Part shown: positions 14,438 through 28,445 of the stretch, piece after piece
Numbering within the stretch: the stretch's first letter is position 1
Layout: the number at the start of each line of letters is the position of its first letter
Assembly: GCA_951406725.2 (NCBI GenBank)
Contig: OX597821.1
Span: 46,252,001 to 46,316,000 of the forward strand
From: Octopus vulgaris
Taxonomy: Eukaryota
Direction of reading: 5' to 3'
Length of the DNA stretch: 64,000 nt
Translations under genes and position numbers: made by a program
Notes under the pieces: generated by a model
What the model was told of the DNA's origin: nothing
Database searches by the model: none
The model's input: the letters and a program-made list of their open reading frames with translations, nothing else

Positions 14438-15009
14438 CAGCCATCAGAAAAAGCTATGGAAAATGACCATTATACAAAGAGAAATTACTGTGTGATTGAC
14501 CGTTATTAAGATAAAAGATCTATTCGAATGACTGCTAAGTAAGGGAAGGGAGTAAAAGTAAGGGGGTAAAAAAGTTCAGAGTATTCACATAAGAACGCCT
14601 GATCATACCTACACATGTGCACCCGCACACCCACATGCGTGTACCTAAAAGTATACATTCATCCACCCTCACTTAAAAACGTACGCATCCTCACTCTCAT
14701 CCTTTGCCAAATGTATATGTATATACATACAAACCCTCACACACATGTGTGCATCATAAAGGTTCACACACACATCTATATATGCACAAGCACAAGAAAA
14801 AACGGGGTTAAGGGTAACAATACAAAAAAGGCGTAAGGGAGTATACAAAGAGTAAAGCACATCTATATATGCACATACCCTTATGCACACACACACACAC
14901 ACACACACACCTATATATGCACATACCTGCACACGTCTATATACACATGCACACGCATGCACAGAAAGGATCATACACACGTCTATGCACATATACACAA
15001 GAAAAAACA

Positions 15010-15848
15010 GGGCTAGCATGGGTTGGACGATTTGACTGAGGACTGGCGAACCAGATGGCTGCGCCAGGCTCCAATCTGATCTGGCAGAGTTTTTACAGCT
15101 GGATGCCCTTCCTAACGCCAACCACTTCGAGAGTGTAGTGGGTGCTTTTACGTGCCAGTAAGGTGACGCTGGTAACGATCATGCTCAGATCGTACTTTTT
15201 ACATGCCCACCGGCATGGAAGCCAGACACCTGCTCTGGCAATGATCCTGCTCGGATGGATCTGTTAGCGCACCACTGGCACGGGTGCCAGTCATCGAATT
15301 TGGTTTAATTTTGATTTTTCGATTTCACTTGCTCCAACAGGTCTTCACAAGCAGAGTTTTGTGTCCAATGAAGGGAGGTTGGCATGGGTGCCAGTCGTAG
15401 AATTTGCTTCGATTTCGAATTCAATCTCGATTTCATTTGCCTCAACAGGTCTTTGCAAGCAGAGTTTTGTGTCCAAAGAAGGAAAGGTATGCATAAGTGG
15501 GCTGGCTGCATCCCTGGTAAAGGCCATGGGTTATGGTCTCATTTGTCCTGCCGGGCCTTCTCGCGCACAGAATATTTCCAAAGGTCTCGGTCACTAGTCA
15601 TTGCCTCGGTGAGGCCTAATGTTTGAAGGTCATGCTGCACCACCTCGTCCCAGGTTTTCCTGGGTCTACTTCTTCCATAGGTTCTCTCAACCACAAGGGT
15701 GTGGCACTTTTTCACTCAGCTATCTTCATCCATACTCGCCACATGACCATACCAGCGCAGTCATCTTTCTTGCACACCACAACTGCTGCTTCTTAGGTCC
15801 AACTTTTCTCTCAGGGTACTTATACTCTGTCGAGTATGTACACTGACA
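15010..15848 (-). mobile_element. RTE-clade LINE 3' fragment (second copy)
   Basis: Shares GCTAGCATGGGTTGGACG...TACAGCTGGATGCCCTTCCTAACGCC and TCATTGCCTC..TGAGGCC with 11514-12505. Reads RWYGHVASM...GRSRPRKTWDEV. Confidence 0.75.
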
Positions 15849-15850
15849 TG

Positions 15851-15903
<53 letters not shown>

Positions 15904-16289
15904 TATATGTATATTATTTATATATATATATATTATTTATATGTATATTATTTGTATATCATATATATGCATGTATATTATTTATATATATATATATTAT
16001 TTATATGTATATTATTTGTATATCATATATATGCATATATATTACATATGTATGATATATATATTATTTATATGTATATTATTTGTATATCATATATATG
16101 CATATATATTACATATGTATGATATATATATATATTATTTATATGTATATTATTTGTATATCATATATATGCATATATATTACATATGTACATATATATA
16201 TATATTATATATATGTATATTATTTGTATATCATATATATGTATATATACATATGTACATATACATTACATATATGTGTATATATATAT

Positions 16290-17480
16290 ATACTATATAC
16301 ATGGGTAATATATGTGTATATATATATATACTATATACATGGGTAATATATGTGTATATATATATACTATATACATGGGTAATATATGTGTATATATATA
16401 TACTATATACATGGGTAATATATGTGTATATATACTATATACATGGGTAATATATGTGTATATATACTATATACATGGGTAATATATGTGTATATATATA
16501 CTATATACATGGGTAATATATGTGTATATATATATACTATATACATGGGTAATATATGTGTATATATATATACTATATACATGGGTAATATATGTGTATA
16601 TATATATACTATATACATGGGTAATATATGTGTATATATATATACTATATACATGGGTAATATATGTGTATATATATATACTATATACATGGGTAATATA
16701 TGTGTATATATATATACTATATACATGGGTAATATATGTGTATATATATATACTATATACATGGGTAATATATGTATATATATATACTATATACATGGGT
16801 AATATATGTGTATATATATATACTATATACATGGGTAATATATGTGTATATATATATACTATATACATGGGTAATATGTGTATATATATACTATATACAT
16901 GGGTAATATATGTGTATATATATATACTATATACATGGGTAATATATGTGTATATATATATACTATATACATGGGTAATATATGTGTATATATATATACT
17001 ATATACATGGGTAATATATGTGTATATATATATACTATATACATGGGTAATATATGTGTATATATATATACTATATACATGGGTAATATATGTGTATATA
17101 TATATATACTATATACATGGGTAATATATGTGTATATATATATATACTATATACATGGGTAATATATGTGTATATATATATATACTATATACATGGGTAA
17201 TATATGTGTATATATATATATACTATATACATGGGTAATATATGTGTATATATATATATACTATATACATGGGTAATATATGTGTATATATATATATATA
17301 CTATATACATGGGTAATATATGTGTATATATATATATATATATACTATATACATAGGTAATATATGTGTATATATATATATATATATATGCTATATACAT
17401 AGGTAATATATATATATGCTATATACATAGGTAATATATATATATGCTATATACATAGGTAATATATATATATGCTATAT
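16290..17480. repeat. ~36-bp minisatellite (TACTATATACATGGGTAATATATGTG(TA)n), roughly 30 units
   Basis: Directly visible. Unit length varies only in the (TA)n run, and the core drifts to CATAGGTAA in the last units. Confidence 0.95.
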
Positions 17481-17719
17481 ACATATATATTATATATTTT
17501 ATATACATAATCTATATATTCTATATATTCTATATATATATATATATACATACAAATATTACATATATATATATATATTGTATATATATATTTATATTGA
17601 ATATATATATATATTTCATCATCATCATATACATATTCAATATAATGAATATATATATATATATATTTATATTATATATATATATATCTTTTATATATAT
17701 ATATTTATATTATATATAT

Positions 17720-18050
17720 AGTGCCAAAGATCCCAGCAATGCCATCACACTTCAGGACCAGCTTCTGCAACAGCCTGGGTTTCAAGGGCCTACAGCTTTT
17801 TAATATTCTCCCAAAGAGGCTGAGGAACTTGCACAAAGTAGATGTAGCGGTTTTTAAATCAAGCTGGACATCTTCCTGTCAAGAGTCCCAGATGAACCTA
17901 CCTCATGGCAAGAGGTGCAAATGAGAGTAGCTATATCAAACTCCATTCTTCACCAAGTGCCACATATTAGATGAGGTTCTTCGTAATAACAGTGTAGCAC
18001 AAAATGGCGGTGCATCAGCATGGCCGCAGCTCTGAGCTGAAACTAGAGGG
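17720..18050 (+). mobile_element. CR1/L2-clade LINE 3' end
   Basis: Reads TSFCNSLGFKGLQLFNILPKRLRNLHKVDVAVFK../LDIFLSRVPDEP, then a 3' UTR ending GGCGGTGCATCAGCATGGCCGCAGCTCTGAGCTGAAACT. A related 3' UTR fragment is at 19300-19402. Confidence 0.75.
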
Positions 18051-18109
18051 AACAAAAAAATATATATATACATATATAAATTGTATATATATGTATTATA
18101 TAGGTAATG

Positions 18110-18147
<38 letters not shown>

Positions 18148-18199
18148 TGTATTTATATATATATATTTTGATATTGTATATATATATATATATATATAC

Positions 18200-18565
18200 A
18201 TATGTATGTGTATATTTATATATATACATATGTATGTGTATATTTATATATATACATATGTATGTGTATATTTATATATATACATATGTATGTGTATATT
18301 TATATATAGGTATATGTATGTGTATATTTATATATAGGTATATGTATGTGTATATTTATATATAGGTATATGTATGTGTCTATTTATATATAGGTAATAT
18401 GTATGTGTATATTTATATATAGGTATATGTATGTATATATTTATATAAATATATATGTATGCGTATGCATATATATATAGTTATATATATATGTATGTAT
18501 ATATATGTATATAAGTATGTATATGTATTTATGTGCATACATATGTATAAACATATATTTAGATA

Positions 18566-18614
<49 letters not shown>

Positions 18615-18680
18615 ATATATGTATATATGTATGTATATGTATTTATGTGCATACATATGTATAAACATATATTTAGTATA

Positions 18681-18736
<56 letters not shown>

Positions 18737-19065
18737 CATACATATGTATGTATATGTATGTGTATATTTATATATAGGTATATGTATGTATATATTTATA
18801 TATAGGTATATGTATGTATATATTTATATATAGGTATATGTATGTATATATTTATATATAGGTATATGTATGTGTATATTTATATATAGGTATATGTATG
18901 TGTATATTTATATATAGGTATATGTATGTATATATTTATATATAGGTATATGTATGTGTATATTTATATATAGGTATATGTATGTGTATATTTATATATA
19001 GGTATATGTATGTGTATATTTATATATAGGTATATGTATGTGTATATTTATATATAGGTATACGT
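18200..19065. repeat. 28-bp minisatellite (GGTATATGTATGTGTATATTTATATATA) arrays within TA-rich low-complexity DNA
   Basis: Tandem units are visible at about 18200-18440 and 18770-19060. Confidence 0.85.
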
Positions 19066-19409
19066 ATGTATATTTATATATGTGTGTGTATATATATATA
19101 TATATGTATATATATAGTTATGTGTGTATATATATATAGTTATGTATGTATATATATAGTTATGTATGTATATATATTTATGTGTATACATATGTATAAA
19201 CATATATGCATATATGTATATATATATATATGTATAAACATATATGCATATATGTATATATATATATATATATATGTATGTATATATGTATGGGTATTGA
19301 CATCAAACTCCCTTATTCACCAAATGGCACATATTAGCGGTGGCTCTCAATGATTACCGTGTAGCAAAATAGCACAGCCCCTGCTTCGTGCTGCAACTAA
19401 AAATATGTA

Positions 19410-19449
<40 letters not shown>

Positions 19450-21092
19450 GTCCAGTCGTCTCCAAACAGATTATCATGTTTGTTTAGATATGAAATCTAC
19501 CTTAGTATTTCTTAAAGGTTAAAATAATTGTCTTTGTAATATAGTTTTCTCATATTAGGAGGAAAACGTATTGCTTCAAAACTATATCAAAAATAATCTA
19601 TACTTTGGTAAATTTTAGAGGTGAGTTCGAAAGTTATTGAACAAGTAAAAAAAGTATTTCCCTATTTTAATCTCTTATCAGTTCTGATAGATCTGATCAA
19701 AAGCATTCCAGCTGTGGCTAACCCCTCTTATTCATAAATATTGTGTCCTAAGACTGTATCCTCATTTATGACAAAAGGATTTGTTTGGGCAGGAGACCCG
19801 GTTGATATTTTTAGTAGGTTGAATGGAAGTGTGGAAGTTTCCTTTTCAAAGACGCTATCCAGTAGAATTTTTTATCTCGTGTGTAAAAGGAGTGAAAGAG
19901 TAATCATTCATGTGTTGTCCTTCGTGTTCAGTGATGCAAATCATTAAGTTTTTCAATGAGTTAGTGAATAAAGAAAGGCGAGAAATAAGTGACAATTGCA
20001 GCAGTAAACAAAAGAATGCATCATAGAAACAGAGGTGACTGTGAGGATGGGAACAAAAATTATAAATAAATAAAAAAAAAACTACGTTGAAGCGTTGCGC
20101 AAACTTGCAAGAAAATGAAAGAAACATAAATACATGATGTGAATGTTATATGAATAAAGCTACAAGAGAAAGATTGTGTTTAAAGCTGCTCTACTTTCAT
20201 ACTTGCATGGTTGGCTCTCCCTCTCAGCCATCCCTTCAAGGTCGATTAAATACAAGGCAATAAAGTCAATGAGAAATGGTGGATGCTATAGAGTAGAACG
20301 CCCACCCAGCGACTGCAGATCGCACAACGTTTTTCATTGTCAAGGAATCTAGATCATCCATAATCTGTAGCTTTGATTACTTTCTTCTGCTCAAGTATTT
20401 GAAACAAATTGTGTTTTCTCTCGCTCTCCCAAGTCTCTCTCCTCCGTGTGTGAAGTAGTACTATCAGCACTTTATTAATCTCTAAGCCTGTTACCGAGCT
20501 TTTTCACCATTTTGATGTTACTGCTTTAATTGGCAAAAAAAAAAAAAAAAAATGACACGAACCAACCATTCAGCAAAGGGTGGCCATCATGCTGAATGCG
20601 ACTACAGTTTCGATTGTTGACTGATATCATTTTGCATATGCGACTCATGGTCTTTAAAATCAGATTTGTAGTGCTTTGTACCTAAGTAAGAATTGTCTTA
20701 ATAATACATGTTTACCTGTACTGAGGGCAAATCATAGTTGGGATTGGTTTTCTCTCGATTTCGAAATAAGTCATGAACTGAGATTCAATTGACTATATTC
20801 TAATATAGCCTTAGTCATGATTATTTCCCACCAGTAGCAATAGTTCAATTTATATTTCAGTTTTAACTTAAATGAGTAATTATAAAGTTGTTAATTTCTT
20901 TAATTTTGACTTCATCTTATCTGTGCGCATGTGTGCACACGCATATGTATAATTGAACCCCCACCACACACACACACATTATATACTATCATAATTCAAT
21001 AAAACATCAAATTCAGCACATTACGCACGAACATGGAAAAAGTTACAATGAAATAAAATAAACAAACACCTCATTGTTTAGTTTGAAATATC

Positions 21093-21215
21093 TATTTCTA
21101 CTCTAGGCACAAGGTCCGAAATTTTGGGGAGGGGTTAGTATGCAACTGGTACTTAATTTATCGACCCCGAAAGGTGAAAGGCAAAGTCGACCTCTGCAAA
21201 ATTTGAACTCAGAAC
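21093..21215 (-). mobile_element. Second SINE family fragment (TCGACCCCGAAAGGATGAAAGGCAAAGTCGACCTC core)
   Basis: The same core recurs at about 22030-22085, 26290-26445 (opposite strand), 32400-32490, 44530-44750, 53260-53590 and 62440-62670. Confidence 0.7.
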
Positions 21216-22854
21216 TAATAGGCTTATTGTAGCTACTGTTTTTTCCAAAAGAAAGAGAATTTTCAGTTATATATCAGCAGCAAGTAGTTCAAAGCAACAG
21301 AAAAGTACTATTGGACTGAGCACTTCTGCGCATAAAAGGAAATGTTGAGCAACAAGTGTAATAGAAACTCCAGCTGAGTTTGCTTTGATATTTTGTCAGC
21401 CTGCAATAGCTGAGTTAAGCCATAGAGTTGGCTTCATGAAGGAGGACTTAGAAATATATCTAAAATCTGAGAATGACAAGCATCTAAACTAGATTTATAC
21501 TGAAATACAAATGTTATGATTAGCTTCACCATTCGCCACCCTTGAAATTATTATTGTACTGGATTAGAAATTCTATTCATTCATATGTGGAGTCCGTTTT
21601 GACCATTTCTAGGATAAAATATACAGTGTTGCTGCTGCTTACAGCATATAGTTGTACATTAATATGATAAATGTAGACAAGTATCAGTAATATACTGTGA
21701 TTGGTTCAATTCTTTCTACTCTCTTAGAATAATAAGCACTACAGCTAAACATAAAAATTATTATTAGGATTGTCACATGAACGAAGACTGGATAATAGAA
21801 TCTGGTTGTGAAATATGCCAGGCAATAAATTTTATATTTTCAGTAGCACTTTTTTTCAGTCTAAGAGTATTTTAGAATGTCATAAAAATGCTGGTAAATC
21901 ACTTGCATACATAGAGGCTTGTTTTAATTTTTGGTATTTTGACCTCATAAACGAAGTTTAGAAATTTGAGAAGGGGTAATAATGCATTTGACTGGTAGTA
22001 TTTAGTTTACCAAAATTTGACTAGTACTTAGTCTACTAACTCTTAAAGGATGAAAGTCGACCTCATCAGGATTCGAGCTCAGAAGGAAAAGAGTCATAAT
22101 ATAATAATACTGAAAGTATATGCTGTCTTTAACTTCAGCAAATAAAAAGAAATTTATTTCAGTGAAAGACTGAGTGGAGTAGAAGCCATTTTATAGAAGA
22201 TTCCAGGTTTTCATTGATGAAAGCCATCTATGTCACCAACGTCACCACTACAACTACTATGTTTAACGGTGTTAACCAGGTTAGGAAGTTTAACTGTGAC
22301 TTTTATGGCAACCGGTTCGGAATTCTCAAACCAAGATCTGATATTTACATCAAGGTGCAGTCAAAAAAAGTCAGTAATATTCTAAAGACACCAACAGTGA
22401 GCAACATAAGGGGTAAGCATAAAAGCTTTGACGTTTGACTACTCTTTCGAAAGCAGCAGGACAATGATGTTATATAAGTAAATATAAATTCGAACACTAT
22501 CTATTTGGTCTCTTAGTGTTTTCCATTACAAATACAACATCTTAGAGTTGTAGCAGAAGATAATATATCTATGACGACTATATTCTATCCGAAGGGAGTT
22601 AATAGACTACGATAAAGTGAAATAGCTCTTAACAAATACAATTGACATGAAAAGACTTTTACAGAAATCCCCGTGGATTTGTTCTTACGTTATTTACCAC
22701 ATCAAAGGTATTTATGTAAAGATGAACAAACGAGCGACTGAGTAGATGATTGCTTTGTAGAATTGAGGTGAAAATAGACGGTTTAACGAAATTTAGATAA
22801 AGACTTATATTGTGAATAAACTTTGATTCTCAACTTCCTAACTACATAGCAATA

Positions 22855-22910
<56 letters not shown>

Positions 22911-23860
22911 GTGTGTGTGTATATATGTATAGTAATATATAAATATATGCATATATATATATGTATATATTTATGCGCATATATATATGTGTGCATATAT
23001 ATATATATATGTGTATATACATGCAAATACATATGTATATATATATATGTATGTATATATATATATATATACACACTCATGTATATGTATATTGTAGTTT
23101 GTAGTTTATGATCTATTTCTAGCATGCGGCCGACTACCTAGCAGTCTTGCCCTGTCAATATACACATGTATTAGAATTTTCTCTGATTTTTCAGATTTTT
23201 TGTATGCTAGACTACTGGTTTTAAATTGATATCAAAATTAATATTAATTTATCTCCCTCATTATTTTTATATATACAAACATATAGCTGTGTGTATATAT
23301 ACATATATATGTGTGTGTGTGTATATATAAATAATACATAGACATATATGCACTTATCTGTGATACTTATGGGAAATAGAGATAGATGTATAAAAAAAGT
23401 AAATATATAGATAAATAAACGAATATATAAGAATATCTGCCGCATATGTGTGATAATGTAAGACAGCGATAGATAATATAAATAAATTACACTATATAAA
23501 GAACATGGATACATACGAAGTGAACCCATATACACACACACACATATCCACATGAAACCTCATGGACGGCTGCGTGATGTCAACAACACAACACACCACA
23601 GCCAGAAGACGCGGCAGTGCCGACGATGCCAATAGCAACAACTGCCACGTTGGCGACACCGTGGGCGAACACACATACACAGAAGAATACAGGAATTGGG
23701 TGGGGGGGGAGGTTGCGGCCGTGGGGAAGGCCACGCTGCTGCTAAAAACTGACAGACACACACACACAAGGACACAAACGCATGCGCACATACGGATTTA
23801 CATCTTAGAAGAAGAACGGCCTGGAGTAAGTGGAGTGTCAACACACGGGGAAACGAAAAG

Positions 23861-23913
23861 TGTCGTTGAAGAGGTCACAAACGTGTGACGAAAGATTTCT
23901 AGGCAATCTGACA
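23861..23913 (+). ncRNA. Degenerate hammerhead motif at a PLE-like 3' end (~23550-23975)
   Basis: ugucg-UUGAAGA-G-GUCACA-aacg-UGUGAC-GAAA-GAUU-ucuaggc-AAUC-U-gaca. It has a C3U change and lacks N17 and the first stem I base. AATAAA and (TA)n follow. Confidence 0.55.
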
Positions 23914-24440
23914 ATGTGTTCATTTGGCGAAATAAAAAATAATAGTAAATAAAATGACCATCCCGAAATACAATACATATATATGTAAGTATGTATGTAT
24001 GTATATATATGTGTATGTATATGTATATATGTGTATATATATGTATATGTATATATGTGTATATATATGTATATATATATATGTGTGTGTGTATATGTAT
24101 ATATGTGTATATATATGTGTATATATATGTATATATATATATGTGTGTGTATATATATATATATGTGTGTGTGTGTATATATATGTATGTATATATATGT
24201 ATACATATATGTGTATATATATGTATACATATGTGTATATATATGTATACATATGTGTATATATATGTATACATACATGTGTATATATATGTATATATAC
24301 ATATGTATATATACATGTGTATATATATGTATATATACATGTATATATATATGTATATATATATGTATATATACATGTATATATATATGTGCATATATAT
24401 ATATATATTATATATATATGTGTATATGTATATATATGTT

Positions 24441-24635
24441 ACGGAGATGTACTCGCATAGCAAGTAATTTGATCTGAGATCGTGTGCTGAAACGAAAACA
24501 ATTGCAGCGTGGAAGGTGTTTATAAGCCATTTAAGAAACACCCAAAAGCCGTTCGATTCACTTCAACATTTAAGTTTAATTTGTCAAAATATTTTCGTCG
24601 CTAAAATCCGCGACCTGTTCACTGACAAAGTCCGT
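24441..24635 (-). mobile_element. 195-bp element embedded in (TA)n, probable PLE pseudo-LTR carrying a variant hammerhead
   Basis: An island of complex sequence with sharp borders in microsatellite. Its ends are ACGGA...TCCGT and it contains the hammerhead-like fold at 24580-24629. Confidence 0.65.
24580..24629 (-). ncRNA. Minimal hammerhead ribozyme variant with G3-C8 core
   Basis: Minus strand: uuuguca-GUGAACA-G-GUCGC-ggauuuua-GCGAC-GAAA-AUAU-UU-ugacaaa. It has a 7-bp stem I, a 5-bp stem II and a palindromic AAUAUU stem III. Confidence 0.7.
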
Positions 24636-24809
24636 GCTATATATATATGTGTATATGTATATATATATATTATATATGTGTATATGTATATATATATGTA
24701 TGTATATATATATATATGTGTATATATGTATGTATGTATATATATGTGTGTGTATATATATGTACATTATATATATATGTGTATATGTATATATATGTTA
24801 TATATTATA

Positions 24810-24851
<42 letters not shown>

Positions 24852-24978
24852 GTGTATATGTATATATATATGTATGTATATATATATGTGTATATGTATA
24901 TATATATGTATGTATATATATGTGTGTGTGTGTGTGTATATATATTTATATATATCTACATATATATATATATATATG

Positions 24979-25012
<34 letters not shown>

Positions 25013-25152
25013 TGTGTATATATATGTGTGTGTGTGTATATATGTGTATATATATATATGTGTGTGTGTATATATGTGTATGTGTGTATATATGTTCATA
25101 TATATATATATGTGTGTGTGTGTATATGTATATACATATGTATGTATCTATC

Positions 25153-25183
<31 letters not shown>

Positions 25184-25226
25184 ATCTATGTATGTATACA
25201 TGTATATAATATATACATATATGTTC

Positions 25227-26140
<914 letters not shown>

Positions 26141-26443
26141 TACGTACACATATGTATGTATATATGCATATGTTTTTTTTATTTATTTAACTATATATTT
26201 ATATATGACGGAAGGCACGCATCCATTTCTAAGTAAGATTGTTCTTAATACATACACGCACACATACACACACATATATGCTTCGCGTTATTTCGTCTGT
26301 CTTTACGTTCTGATTTCAAATTCTGCCGAGGTCGACTTCGCCTTTCGGGGTCGATAAATTAAGTACCATTTGCGTACAGGCGTTGATCTAATGGACTGGT
26401 CCCCCTCCCCAAAATGTCTGCCCTTGAGCCTAGAGTAGAAAAG

Positions 26444-26494
<51 letters not shown>

Positions 26495-26902
26495 CGTGTA
26501 TAATATATGTATGTATATATATATATATGTGTGTGTGTGTCTGTGTGTATATGTATAAAGTATATATATAATATACATATATGTATGTATATATGCATAT
26601 ATTTATATATTATTTATATTATTATATGACTGAACCCCAAGCATCCTTTTCCATGTGAGTTTTACTATATAATATGTGTGTGTGTGTGTTTATAAATATA
26701 CGGTTTATTATTATATATTCCTTTTCTTTATACTTTTAACGTTTACCCAAAGCTTATATTTTTTATATTTAATTCTCCAAATATATACTACCTGTCTCCC
26801 CACCATAAGGTTTATACAAAATTTTCTTATAAAACAATACTCAGCCGAAATGCTCCATACACTTAACACCTAAAAATATATAAATGTATATATCCTTTTC
26901 TA

Positions 26903-26980
26903 CCTCCGACGAGATTCAACTTTATAATGATTTAATTATTTCAATTAATTTTTAAAGTCTGAATCGAGACAGCTGTGAGG
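26903..26980 (+). ncRNA. Inactivated hammerhead motif in a PLE-like terminal repeat (~26700-27190)
   Basis: ccu-CCGACGA-GAUUCAACUUU...AAAGUcUGAAUC-GAGA-CAGCUG-UG-agg. The architecture is intact, including palindromic ACAGCUGU, but it carries U4C, A14G and G17. Confidence 0.6.
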
Positions 26981-27216
26981 GATTATGTCTATTTTTGTAA
27001 TTAATAAATGCAATCATTAATTGATTTATCTCTATTTTCTTATTTTTCTTAAACAAATATAAACCTTGGTTTATCTAATTACCCATTTTTTAATATTCAA
27101 ACTAATATTCAAAATAAATAATAGGTGAAGAACCAGTAAATTCATTGGACATTATTATCCCTTAACGAGGCTTATTTAACCTCTTATTGAACTTACACAC
27201 ACACACACACACAAAA

Positions 27217-27522
27217 CTAGCAGCTAAGCCCGGTTTCACCCGGTTGGTTTGGATGATGTAGCTGTAAAACCTGCTCTGTGCAAGCATTTGACTTGTTTGG
27301 GCACGTTTACGTTAAAAAACAATTTTAGAATGACTTTTCTCTGTCAAAACGCTAAAAATAACTGACCAACAAAAAAAAAAATCCAACCAATTTACAGCCA
27401 ATTCGAAAAATAAACCTAAATACTACGCGAAAAAAGATGAACCATCCCACTTCCATTGCGCGCTCGTACGCGCACGCAAACATACACACACGCGCACGCG
27501 CCCACACATATTCACATACCCC

Positions 27523-27560
<38 letters not shown>

Positions 27561-27654
27561 TCACACAGAGTTGAAACGATCACCCATTCCTTCCTTATTC
27601 ATCTATCATCCCTTTCTTTCTCATTCATAAACACAAGAGTATTATTATAGTAGA
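27217..27654 (-). mobile_element. Complete non-autonomous Helitron (438 bp)
   Basis: Minus strand A|TCTACTATAATAATACTC...CGGGTGAAACCGGGCTTAGCTG-CTAG|T shows a 5' TC, a 3' hairpin plus CTAG, insertion between A and T, and no TSD. Confidence 0.85.
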
Positions 27655-27825
27655 TTATCTCGGTAACCATGGGAGCTATGAAAAAATACAAAGCCCAGCA
27701 TCACCACCAGACCATTCTACACATCCGTGTCATTTTTCGCGCAGTTCTACCCAGCCGTTTGACCGGGAATCCCAAGACAAGAAAGAATCGCCCATGTCAA
27801 ATGTATACAAGCACAAGAGCCGGCG

Positions 27826-27973
27826 ATCTGGTAAGAAGCTGGCTTATCAACCACATGTTTCCGGGTTCAGTCGCACTGCGTGGCACCTTGGGCAAGTCTC
27901 TCTTATTATATGGTCGGGCCGACCAAAGTCTCGTGAGTGGATATGGTAGGCGGAAACTGAAAGGAGCCCGTCG
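27826..27973 (+). mobile_element. 5' half of tRNA-derived SINE (family of 4061-4415)
   Basis: TGGTAAGAAGCTGGCTT...CCGGGTTCAGTCGCACTGCGTGGCACCTTGGGCAAGT...GGAAACTGAAAGGAGCCCGTCG. Confidence 0.8.
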
Positions 27974-28324
27974 AACTCATATCGAGCTGAATTCAGAATA
28001 TAAAGGAACCTTAACACAATACCACGATATATTCTATCCGACGCTCTGCCGCTTCGATGCCAAACGTTATCTGCCACATATCACGTGTTTGATACTATGT
28101 TTGGAGTAAAATTCGATAATGCTTCCATATTCTTATTTACAGAATTCCAGTAGAAATAAGTAAGTGTGGCGCCAGTTCTTGCTTCGACAGTAGACCGTTC
28201 CCCTCGACATTTTTCGAAAGCGCTTTTCCAGGCTCTCTGCTAAACGAAGCTAATCATGATTTCTGAATTGATTCCCATTTTCTAGGCTTACAAAATCATT
28301 TCCGATATTTATTGTATTACTGTT

Positions 28325-28445
28325 TTGATGCTCCAATCAGATTGTGTTAGAAGCAGCAGATCGATCTCTCCTTAGCAACGTAATGACATCATTCTTTCTT
28401 CACCAAATGTTATGAACAACGAAAGTCGATTCCTATATAAGATCG
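28325..28445. promoter_or_regulatory. Candidate promoter motif cluster in CpG-retaining unique DNA
   Basis: CCAATCAG (28333), RFX-like CCTTAGCAAC (28370), CRE-like TGACATCA (28384) and TATATAA (28434). Motif match only. Confidence 0.3.

Noticed and set aside
16290-17480. Regular ~36-bp repeats resembling a CRISPR array
   Set aside because: There are no unique spacers or cas genes and the context is eukaryotic; it is a minisatellite.
20547-20578. 9-bp hairpin CATTCAGCA/TGCTGAATG
   Set aside because: Could arise by chance; no supporting motif.
22150-22450. Exon-like composition and a 74-aa ORF
   Set aside because: No homology recognised and no convincing splice-site pair.
23562-23888. GC-rich 108-aa ORF
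   Set aside because: No recognisable domain, contains (CA)n, and ends in a hammerhead-like PLE terminus.
28130-28210. Minus-strand ATG (MSRGTVYCRSKNWRH...) as first exon of a divergent gene
   Set aside because: Short, with a weak donor and no downstream exons identified.
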